Source of the DNA: Candidatus Uhrbacteria bacterium
GTDB taxonomy: Bacteria > Patescibacteriota > Patescibacteriia > JACRJV01
Length of the DNA stretch: 64,000 bases
Direction of reading: 5' to 3'
NCBI GenBank assembly: GCA_016215325.1
Contig: JACRJV010000003.1
Coordinates: forward strand, 36,191 to 100,190
Every line of letters starts with the position of its first letter. Within the stretch, counting starts at the first letter, position 1. Made by a program: the position numbers and the translations under genes. Under the pieces are notes generated by a model. It was not told where the DNA came from and ran no database searches. It saw only the letters and a program-made list of their open reading frames with translations. Shown here one piece after another: positions 1 to 7,864 of the stretch.

Positions 1-84
1 TTGAACACGAGAGAACCAAAAAAAGTGTTCAAAAATAAAAATGGGAGAATCCATACGGCCTCTGCCAATGCAAAACGACCCATT

Positions 85-858
85 CTAGATCATGAGTTGC
101 CCGCCATTGATCACTATGTTGATTCCATTGAGATACGAAGTGTCTTCTGAACACAGAAACGCCGCAGCTGCGGCAACGTCGTTTGGTTCTGCGATCCGAT
201 GTAACGGGTTCTGTTGTGAAGAGAGTTCGATCAATTTCGATGGCACTTCTGAAAGTAAATCAGTCTTTACCATGCCCGGAGATATCATATTGACCGTGCA
301 CCGATATCGAGAAAGCTCAACGGACATTATCTTGGCAAATCCCATCAGGGCGTACTTTGCCGTGATGTAAGCCGCAAGGCCCCTGGGCGGCTTGCCGATG
401 CAATATTCGGTAAGAATAATAACAAAACGCGTTGGATTGCCCGCCACAAATTGCGACTGTAACGCCTGTACGATCTGCCAAATGCCCTGGACCTGTACTG
501 CGATATGAGATTCAAAATCTCGCCAAGCCGACTCAAGCAGCGGGGTATGCACGATGGGGAGGGTTGGCCCATACACCACCGCATCCAACTGAGGATGCTC
601 CACGCGAATCAACCTCATTGCTGCCTTAACACCTGATCCATCCAATAAATCTAGCGGGTAGAAAGCGACAGCCTTCCCACGGAGTTCGTCCCGTAGCGCT
701 TCCATTCGATCACTAGCATGTGCATATGTTGCACACACATAAAAACCTTCATCAAGCAGGCGCTTCACGATCGCACTCCCAATACCCCCACTTCCACCAA
801 TAATAAGTGCTGTTTTTTGTGGCACAAAATTACTCCGATACTCTTGCATTAGCCTCAC
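85..858 (-). CDS. Short-chain dehydrogenase/reductase (3-oxoacyl-ACP reductase-like)
   Basis: Rossmann motif IIGGSGGIGSAI and catalytic YxxxK (YITAK); length 257 aa typical of the SDR/FabG family. Confidence 0.8.
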   Translation of the reverse strand: MRLMQEYRSNFVPQKTALIIGGSGGIGSAIVKRLLDEGFYVCATYAHASDRMEALRDELRGKAVAFYPLDLLDGSGVKAAMRLIRVEHPQLDAVVYGPTLPIVHTPLLESAWRDFESHIAVQVQGIWQIVQALQSQFVAGNPTRFVIILTEYCIGKPPRGLAAYITAKYALMGFAKIMSVELSRYRCTVNMISPGMVKTDLLSEVPSKLIELSSQQNPLHRIAEPNDVAAAAAFLCSEDTSYLNGINIVINGGQLMI

Positions 859-1252
859 CGTCCACCATCACCTCATCCCCTTTTACTATTTCGGTCTTCA
901 TCGTGATGAGATGGACACTATCATGTTTTGCAATCACGGACCCGCGTACGATCACCGTATCATCGCAAAACATCGGCTTTCGAAATTCCAGGGTTTGACG
1001 CATGTATACCGCATTCCTTCCTGGACAATGCATCCCAATCAATGTTGAAAAAAGACTCGCCGCGAGCATGCCATGGACAATAGTATTACCAAACTGGCTT
1101 TTTGCGCCAAAGAAAGGATCTGTGTGGAGTGGATTGAAATCACCGGTGAACTTTGCAAATTGCATCACCATTTCGTTGGTAATGGTGCGCTCAAATTCAT
1201 ACACTGCACCAACCACAATATCCTCGTATCGCAATTGCGCTGCAGAATGCAT
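830..1252 (-). CDS. MaoC-like (R)-specific enoyl/hydroxyacyl dehydratase (hot-dog fold)
   Basis: 140 aa; FTGDFNPLHTD and HGML motifs characteristic of the MaoC/PhaJ hot-dog family. Confidence 0.7.
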   Translation of the reverse strand: MHSAAQLRYEDIVVGAVYEFERTITNEMVMQFAKFTGDFNPLHTDPFFGAKSQFGNTIVHGMLAASLFSTLIGMHCPGRNAVYMRQTLEFRKPMFCDDTVIVRGSVIAKHDSVHLITMKTEIVKGDEVMVDGEANARVSE

Positions 1253-1264
1253 AAGCCATGTGAT

Positions 1265-1513
1265 TCAAAGGTCGATCCCATGCTTGCGCAATGATGCTTT
1301 AATATCTCCCACATTTTTTACCGCGACAACCTCATCCATCGTAAAATTAACGTTGAACTGCGTTTCGAGCTCGGAGACGAGCATCAGTCCGTTATAGGAA
1401 TCCCAACGAGGTACGGTATCCGGACTTGTCTGATCTGTAACCTCCTGAGCTGAGATGCCGAGTATTTTTGAAAGAATAGAGTGCAATGTATTTATGTTGT
1501 CGTTTGCGCCCAT
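1265..1513 (-). CDS. Acyl carrier protein (stand-alone ACP)
   Basis: ~80 aa; phosphopantetheine-attachment-like WDSYNGLML segment (DS motif); sits between FkbH-like gene and MaoC dehydratase. Start trimmed to internal M. Confidence 0.6.
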   Translation of the reverse strand: MGANDNINTLHSILSKILGISAQEVTDQTSPDTVPRWDSYNGLMLVSELETQFNVNFTMDEVVAVKNVGDIKASLRKHGIDL

Positions 1514-3240
1514 ACTGTTGGGGTCTCTCCAGTGAGAACAGTAATACAATCAGGATACGGATACGATTGAACCCTCACATCGTACTCCCAACGCTGACCA
1601 CTGTCAACGCTTTCAGTACAGACGAAACCATTCTTTTTGTAAAAATCTTTCGCGGGGGAATTCTTCTTGGTGGGAATAAATTCGCCCACGATGGTTCGTA
1701 CGCCACTCGTCCGCGCCTGCTCTATGATATAGACGAGGAGCGCCTCTTCAATACGCCGACCAATGACACGGCAACTGAGCAGGAAGGTATCAATACGCCA
1801 CGACTTTCGCCCTGTTTCCACAATCGCCGCACCAATCGTCCCATGCTCCCCAAACTTATCACTTGCTTTAATAGAAACAATAAGGTGTGCCCCATCTTGG
1901 CTAAACCGCCGTATTTCGTCTTCGCTATAGCGCCGCGTCGTCATGTTGAATTGATTCGTTTTTTGTGTCAGCTGGGCAATCCGAGGGATTGTCATAGTGG
2001 TTGCCAGTTCAATGACGACCGTTATCTGGAGTCCGAGTAAATATTCCGTTATATCCGTCGCCGAGACCTCGAACGCTTTTCGCTGTCGCTGCTGCACATA
2101 CATTAGCCCCCGCTCCCAATCTTCTTCCGTCAACTGCAGGACGTTAAACACGTCGAGCTCTTGGAGCGTCTTGACATACAATGAGGGGTCGTTGGGGAGG
2201 TCGACCACCATTACTTCTGGTAAATATTCTTTCATCATCGTGCGATTGACCGGGTCATCATCAATAAACACCATACTATCAAGACCAATCCCGATCTCTT
2301 TGGCAAGCGAGCGCATATTCGCGACCTTATCCTCCCAATTGATCCGCATTGCCGCGAAATGTTGTTCCCGAAGTACCATATACGAGTGCTGCGAAAAAAC
2401 TTTTGCAACCTCATCAAAATTATTTTTACTATTCACTGCAAGGATCACGCCACGATGGTACAAGGCGAGTAGTGATTTTTGGAACTCCCAAAATGGGCGA
2501 CCCCCCGGAGTAGGCCCTACGGTAATCCCTTCTATCCCATCTTCGCCAAGGATCCCGCCCCATACCGTGTTGTCAAGATCAAGCACAACACATTTTTTAG
2601 TCTGACGGAGCATTGGTTTTATATAAGCCGTGTAGGCTCGCGCAAGCTCTGGCAGGTGGCGAGTATGAAGTTTGATATCTCCAAGATAATACATCTTAGA
2701 GTCAAGGATATGCCGTTTGCCAATGTTCGCACAAAATGCATCATAATCAAACAAGAACACCCGAAAATCGTCCTTGAACGACTCGCGCAGTTTCGCATTC
2801 AGCAGCTCTATCGATTCCTTAAAGCCAAATGGTTGTTTATGCTCCAGGATCCCCAACGGTGAATACACAGGGACTTCAAAATTATGTAACAACACTGTTG
2901 CAGAAGAATATCGCTTTATCGCTTCCACTAGCGAACTAATTTCTTGTATCTTATTCTCGGCCCATTGCCGCCGATCGCTATCTGACATGACATATGGGTG
3001 AAAATAGTAATCACCGAGAATCGACCGCGTATCAAGAAAAAGAATGACGAGTAGTGGCTCGAAGGCGTATAGACGGCTCTGTGGATCAAGGATTTCTTGT
3101 CCATACTGATTGTAACCACCCAAGTAGGTACGGTACGGAAGTCCACTCTCCTGGCATGCAAGACGGACCGCCTCTTCAACGCCACGGGCAGTAAAGCTCG
3201 AAAGAATCGCGATCGTGAACGCTTGTTCATGTTCGGTCAT
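1492..3240 (-). CDS. FkbH-like HAD-IIIC protein (glyceryl-ACP loading type) with N-terminal extension
   Basis: HAD motif VVLDLDNTVWGG, FkbH hallmark TQKTNQFNMTTRRY, GNAT-like C-terminal subdomain; 582 aa. Confidence 0.7.
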   Translation of the reverse strand: MTEHEQAFTIAILSSFTARGVEEAVRLACQESGLPYRTYLGGYNQYGQEILDPQSRLYAFEPLLVILFLDTRSILGDYYFHPYVMSDSDRRQWAENKIQEISSLVEAIKRYSSATVLLHNFEVPVYSPLGILEHKQPFGFKESIELLNAKLRESFKDDFRVFLFDYDAFCANIGKRHILDSKMYYLGDIKLHTRHLPELARAYTAYIKPMLRQTKKCVVLDLDNTVWGGILGEDGIEGITVGPTPGGRPFWEFQKSLLALYHRGVILAVNSKNNFDEVAKVFSQHSYMVLREQHFAAMRINWEDKVANMRSLAKEIGIGLDSMVFIDDDPVNRTMMKEYLPEVMVVDLPNDPSLYVKTLQELDVFNVLQLTEEDWERGLMYVQQRQRKAFEVSATDITEYLLGLQITVVIELATTMTIPRIAQLTQKTNQFNMTTRRYSEDEIRRFSQDGAHLIVSIKASDKFGEHGTIGAAIVETGRKSWRIDTFLLSCRVIGRRIEEALLVYIIEQARTSGVRTIVGEFIPTKKNSPAKDFYKKNGFVCTESVDSGQRWEYDVRVQSYPYPDCITVLTGETPTVWAQTTT

Positions 3241-3595
3241 ACAGAATCGTTACAAATGCAATCGCATATTCTTTGCTATGCGAAAGACTCACTGAAATCT
3301 GAAGGCTCTTTTGTTTTTTTGGCAATCGCATAAACGGTACCCCCTTCTCGTTGTTGCAAATCTCGATCGTGCAATACCCAACGGCATGGATTCCTATACT
3401 AGCAAGCGCTTTTACAGCGGCCTCTTTCCCACAAAACCGTACGGCTAAATGTTGGGCGGGATCTTTTTTCGAAAAACAATAATTGAGCTCTCGGATCGTA
3501 AAAATCCGTTCCAAAAAATGACGATCGTGCGTCCGACGGAGATGGCGAAACCGCGATATGGCTTCAATGTCAACCCCTATGCCAATACATTCCAT
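3227..3595 (-). CDS. acpS: Holo-ACP synthase (4'-phosphopantetheinyl transferase, AcpS type)
   Basis: IGIGVDIEAISRF and KEAAVKALA motifs; ~120 aa from internal start MECIGIG. Confidence 0.75.
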   Translation of the reverse strand: MECIGIGVDIEAISRFRHLRRTHDRHFLERIFTIRELNYCFSKKDPAQHLAVRFCGKEAAVKALASIGIHAVGYCTIEICNNEKGVPFMRLPKKQKSLQISVSLSHSKEYAIAFVTILYDRT

Positions 3596-3737
3596 GCGAA
3601 TAAATGAGAATCTAGACAGTTTGTTGTAGACACCGATACATAGAGAATATCGTACCACCCCCTGCTACTCGAGTCAAAAGCCAACTTGCACTCAATATAC
3701 CGCCCGAACACGCTCTCAAATTTCGATTCGCCATCGC

Positions 3738-3768
3738 TTGACAGTACACACCTCTGCTTTCATACTAT
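3738..3768 (+). promoter_or_regulatory. Candidate sigma70-like promoter for the plus-strand methyltransferase gene
   Basis: TTGACA (3738-3743), 19-nt spacer, TACTAT (3763-3768) in the divergent intergenic region; GGGGGG SD-like run ~10 nt before the GTG start. Confidence 0.3.
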
Positions 3769-3822
3769 GGAATACACGCGCTAGTCCGTTCCCGACCAGA
3801 CACTAGGGGGGTAGCGCCACCC

Positions 3823-4623
3823 GTGAACCATCCAAGAATCTTAATTAATCCATCGACTTTCCCTATGGAAATCCTCGATAGTCGGTATATAAAAAATACT
3901 CCGCAAGAAGAGCTTCAACGGAGAAAAGACTTCTTTACGTTATATAAAGATTGTCCGATACCAGACAATGAAATCCTCTATAACCTCGGGTTGTTTACTA
4001 ACCGGCAGACGCTCTCACGAATCTTATACATGAACGAATTGTACAAAAAAATTATCGAGGTGCATGGCGTTGTTATGGAATTTGGAGTGCGGTGGGGACA
4101 AAATCTTGCGTTGTTCGAATCGTTTCGCGGAATGTATGAGCCATACAACTTCAACCGTACACTCGTCGGGTTCGATACCTGGGAGGGATTCTCCTCGGTA
4201 GACCCAAAAGATGGAACTTCTGACATTGTCGCGACCGGTTCATTTTCTGTCACAAAGGGATATGAAGAATATCTAAACAAAGTTCTGGATTATCATGAAC
4301 ATGAAAGTCCTCTTTCCCATATCAAAAAATATCGTCTCGTCAAAGGGGATGCATCGGTGACGATCGACGAATATTTAAATGAGCACCCGGAGACAATTGT
4401 CGCGCTTGCCTATTTCGACTTTGATATTTATGCGCCGACGAAAAAATGTCTCGCGGCGATACGGGAGCGCCTCACAAAAGGAAGTATTGTTGCTTTTGAC
4501 GAACTGAATTGGCCAGGATTCCCGGGGGAGACGACGGCCCTGAAAGAAGTGTTCGCGCTCAATCGATACCATATTCGGCGCACTCCCTACAATCCCCATT
4601 ATGCGTACATCGTAATCGATTGA
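3823..4623 (+). CDS. TylF/MycF-like class I SAM-dependent O-methyltransferase
   Basis: VMEFGVRWGQN and D.D.Y..T...L......GSIVAFDE pattern resembling macrocin O-methyltransferase family; only plus-strand gene in the island. Confidence 0.5.
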   Translation: MNHPRILINPSTFPMEILDSRYIKNTPQEELQRRKDFFTLYKDCPIPDNEILYNLGLFTNRQTLSRILYMNELYKKIIEVHGVVMEFGVRWGQNLALFESFRGMYEPYNFNRTLVGFDTWEGFSSVDPKDGTSDIVATGSFSVTKGYEEYLNKVLDYHEHESPLSHIKKYRLVKGDASVTIDEYLNEHPETIVALAYFDFDIYAPTKKCLAAIRERLTKGSIVAFDELNWPGFPGETTALKEVFALNRYHIRRTPYNPHYAYIVID

Positions 4624-4640
4624 TCACACAACGAGAGATG

Positions 4641-5774
4641 TCAGAAATCATCGAGTGCAGAAAACAAAACGTCGACAGGGATCATGCGTTCCCACGGCGA
4701 ATCCTCCGGGATTTCTAATACCATTCTGGTCTCCTGAACCTCATATCCAAAAAGTGCAGCAGTGAGTACCCTTGAAACGCTCTGTGGGGTTACCCCCCGT
4801 AAAAGGCGTTCGTTAATAATCACCCCACGTTGCGCTAATTGCCGTCTCACGCATTCCATCAGGGGAGAATCATGATCAGTCGGATTAAGAATTTTTAAAA
4901 GATTCCCTCCATAGTGGGGGTGGCGGGTGAACGAAGAATAGGCGTGCCCCCGTAACATTCGAAGAGCAGGGTGTTCCTGTGGGAGACTCAGTCCGCGTAA
5001 TGCCGCCTCGAACACCGGAGAGGATTGTGAAAAAAAGACCGATGGATACCAGAGCTTGTAGTCAGGCAAAAGTGCAGCTTCGATAATTGTCCCAGCGGGT
5101 TCCGCTACGACATATCCAACAGGCAGAGAAGTAAAAGTATCAATACAAAGATATGCATCGAACCGTGCGGTGAATGAAGAATTCTTTATTTTTGACATCC
5201 AAAGTTCTTTTGGCCGTTCGAGGAATACCGAGAAGTATTGATTGATACTTCGATGCATCCGCTCAAGAAACGGGACATCACTATCCTTAATGCATCGAAA
5301 CTGAATTGACGTTGCTTGAGGATGGGGTGGATTAAGAAGACGAATGTTCTTCTCAACAGGGGTCCCCCAGAATCCATGCCGAACAAAGAAATGATCAACT
5401 GCTCGACGAGCAAAAATCAAACAAAAATCCAGTCCTCTGTTGCTCATCTCACTTAAAACAGATTGCGTCATAGAGTGGAAGACGGCCCCGCCCCTACGAT
5501 ACCGAGGTTCAACCACAATGGCTGCTATCCCCCCGACACTAAATTCTTGCCCAAAGACCATGAGGCGACGAGTCACGGTTCTTACTGCGCCGACGAGAGA
5601 ATCTCCTTCTTTGAGTATAAATAAATTTTTTTTATTCAGCGTCGAATCGTAAATGCGTGTCACATCAAAGACTTCCTTCGCGTGAAAATAAGAAGGTCCA
5701 TACGCTTTGTATAGGAGCTCATACGCCTCCTGCTCATCTTTCTTGCTACGCACCACACGCACCAGACCGACCAT
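4641..5774 (-). CDS. GNAT-family N-acetyltransferase, two-domain (Eis-like length)
   Basis: GNAT motif A region VVEPRYRRGGAVFHSM...GLDFCLIF; 377 aa. Confidence 0.5.
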   Translation of the reverse strand: MVGLVRVVRSKKDEQEAYELLYKAYGPSYFHAKEVFDVTRIYDSTLNKKNLFILKEGDSLVGAVRTVTRRLMVFGQEFSVGGIAAIVVEPRYRRGGAVFHSMTQSVLSEMSNRGLDFCLIFARRAVDHFFVRHGFWGTPVEKNIRLLNPPHPQATSIQFRCIKDSDVPFLERMHRSINQYFSVFLERPKELWMSKIKNSSFTARFDAYLCIDTFTSLPVGYVVAEPAGTIIEAALLPDYKLWYPSVFFSQSSPVFEAALRGLSLPQEHPALRMLRGHAYSSFTRHPHYGGNLLKILNPTDHDSPLMECVRRQLAQRGVIINERLLRGVTPQSVSRVLTAALFGYEVQETRMVLEIPEDSPWERMIPVDVLFSALDDF

Positions 5775-5813
5775 AGTATTACAAAGATGTTATTTCAAAC
5801 AACATTTATCCAT

Positions 5814-6884
5814 TTAGTGTGCACGGGATCGAATGATCGCACAGATCCGTCGGACGATCGTCTCCGTCCATTGTGCATGGCAACCAACCGCAAGCGAGAG
5901 ACGATAGTCGGGCTCAACCATATTACGGTTCCAGTCAAAATGCAACAGTGGAACTACAACGCGACAATCCTCCCAAATACTGCGTGACCACTCTTTAAGT
6001 TCGTTTTGACTCCCCTGGATAGGGATTGCGAAGGGGACGATATCTGAATCATCACAATGTGGAACGCGGTGGGGCAACATTTCTTGCGCAATCCACCAAA
6101 GGGTTCTTCGTCGCTGTCCTTCGCAAAGAAGTTCTTTCGTTGTTTGCGGAAGCGATCCCGCAGAACAATCTGGGAAGGGTATAAGTTCTGGAAGATATCC
6201 ATAAACCCCCTCGATATCATAACTCACATCCCCTATACTGTCCTCTTTTTTGTGCTTTCGATGGTATTGCCTGAGAATACGATGCGCTTTTTCGACCCAT
6301 ACACGTTGAACACCCTGATCCTGCCTTGAGGCGGTTGTCCAGGACTTCCATATCGCAGAGTTCCTGCTCACAATACCACCCCCCATCGCACAAGGAAACA
6401 ATTTAGAGAGGCTCACCACAGAAAGATCACCCCAACCCATAAGATACTCCCCTCTATATTGAGAAAAGAGAGTATTCGCCATGTTATTGATAATAATCCA
6501 TTTTTTTTTCTTTGCCAGTGCTTCGATACGATCAATGCGTTGTGGGAATCCAAATTGATGGTACACGAGAATGGCTCTTGTGCGTTTGGATGGGATGCGT
6601 GCCGGAAATGCAGTGCGTGCAAGGGCAGAAAGCACACAGTGCCCTAAAAATGGCGGGACGTAGGTCTCGTCATTCCGCTGGAACCCCAGTGCGCGTAAAC
6701 CAAAAACCATGGCAGCGCGAGCGCAAGAAAATGGATACAGGTCAACTCCCGTAGCGCTACGATATCCAGAAAGAAAAGACTGGAGAGTGCCAAATCCGCG
6801 TTTATATCCCGGATAGAGTGTAATCATACATCCACTATGCAAGTAGTTTCTCCCCAGCGAAGACGATAACAATCTTCCCTCCAA
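5814..6884 (-). CDS. DegT/DnrJ/EryC1-like (fold-type I PLP) protein, possibly degenerate
   Basis: Collinear with DegT core: KTRAILVYHQFGFP...SLSKLFPCAMGGGIV (Lys present, PLP Asp replaced by Asn). Confidence 0.4.
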   Translation of the reverse strand: MEGRLLSSSLGRNYLHSGCMITLYPGYKRGFGTLQSFLSGYRSATGVDLYPFSCARAAMVFGLRALGFQRNDETYVPPFLGHCVLSALARTAFPARIPSKRTRAILVYHQFGFPQRIDRIEALAKKKKWIIINNMANTLFSQYRGEYLMGWGDLSVVSLSKLFPCAMGGGIVSRNSAIWKSWTTASRQDQGVQRVWVEKAHRILRQYHRKHKKEDSIGDVSYDIEGVYGYLPELIPFPDCSAGSLPQTTKELLCEGQRRRTLWWIAQEMLPHRVPHCDDSDIVPFAIPIQGSQNELKEWSRSIWEDCRVVVPLLHFDWNRNMVEPDYRLSLAVGCHAQWTETIVRRICAIIRSRAH

Positions 6885-7848
6885 AACCTAATTTGAAAAA
6901 CTCGATGTTCCGCTCCTTATCGCTTCCCCCGTTCACCAATCCAAACTCAAAGTAGGAGCATCCTCGCCGTCGTGCCTCTTGAATTCCCGTCCAAAGACCA
7001 AGATGCCCAATACCGGAGCGAGAAGGATAGTCCGGATGCGTCGCCGCTGAGGCATAAAAGGCATGCTTGTTAAAATAATAAAACAGATATGCCCCGACGG
7101 TCTTTCCGGCATCTCGTACCAACACGAGATACGCCTGGCCGTGCTCAATCATCCGATACATGACATAAAAAGTCTCTTTTGGACGCGTCTCTCTCCCTGC
7201 GGCTAACGCATGGAGTATGTGATATTCTTCACATTGATCAATGGTATAATTTGTTGCGTCTATCACAACGGTCTCATACGTCCGTTGAGCTCGGTTGATG
7301 AGAGGCTTATACGATGAGCGCATATGCGCCCATATTCTCTGTTCTTCCCCGTCACATCGAAGCACGAGACCGTGAAGCGTCTTCGGACGATACCCAAACT
7401 CTTCAAGATTATTGTAAAAAAGATTGCCCTGCATTATTGTAGAGCAATCCATCAGAATACGGTGATGCTGTGCGCTGTGCGCTCGCGCAAGTACTGCGAT
7501 CCGATCAAATACTACTTGCCGCACCAAACGTCCCCGTTTCGTCTCCGGTTCATCTACAAAAACCGGGGCACGTAAATGCCAACTCTCTAAAAAGCTGTAA
7601 CTTCGAATCTCTTCCTCAGCAGTCAACCAAAGTGGGACAATCGCAACGGCATCCTTTTCGGCAACATCGACCACAACAAACGAGTCTTCTCTCAAAAGAC
7701 GTGCTCCAAGCACAAGCCGTTCGTATGCCCTCACCAAAGGGGTATAGAATGGCGATACACTTGAACGCTCCAATACTTCATTCCAATATGCTTCAAATTT
7801 CGTGTCAGAAGAATCGATACAGTTTAACATATCTGCCCGTGCACGCAC
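6835..7848 (-). CDS. FemAB-like / BioF2-like (Acetyltransf_6) acyl- or aminoacyl-transferase
   Basis: C-terminal YFEFGLVNGG...FFKLGFGG matches the FemAB-like GNAT-fold family terminal signature FKxxFGG. Confidence 0.55.
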   Translation of the reverse strand: MRARADMLNCIDSSDTKFEAYWNEVLERSSVSPFYTPLVRAYERLVLGARLLREDSFVVVDVAEKDAVAIVPLWLTAEEEIRSYSFLESWHLRAPVFVDEPETKRGRLVRQVVFDRIAVLARAHSAQHHRILMDCSTIMQGNLFYNNLEEFGYRPKTLHGLVLRCDGEEQRIWAHMRSSYKPLINRAQRTYETVVIDATNYTIDQCEEYHILHALAAGRETRPKETFYVMYRMIEHGQAYLVLVRDAGKTVGAYLFYYFNKHAFYASAATHPDYPSRSGIGHLGLWTGIQEARRRGCSYFEFGLVNGGSDKERNIEFFKLGFGGKIVIVFAGEKLLA

Positions 7849-7864
7849 CGTAGTATCTTACTGA

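Noticed and set aside
1-35. TTGAACAC...GTGTTCAA inverted repeat downstream of the SDR gene
   Set aside because: Only an 8-bp stem; the window ends before any T-run can be assessed; too weak to call a terminator.
1997-2605. 202-aa plus-strand ORF antisense to the FkbH-like gene
   Set aside because: Ser/Thr-rich low-complexity translation without motifs; opposite strand carries a well-supported HAD/FkbH protein.
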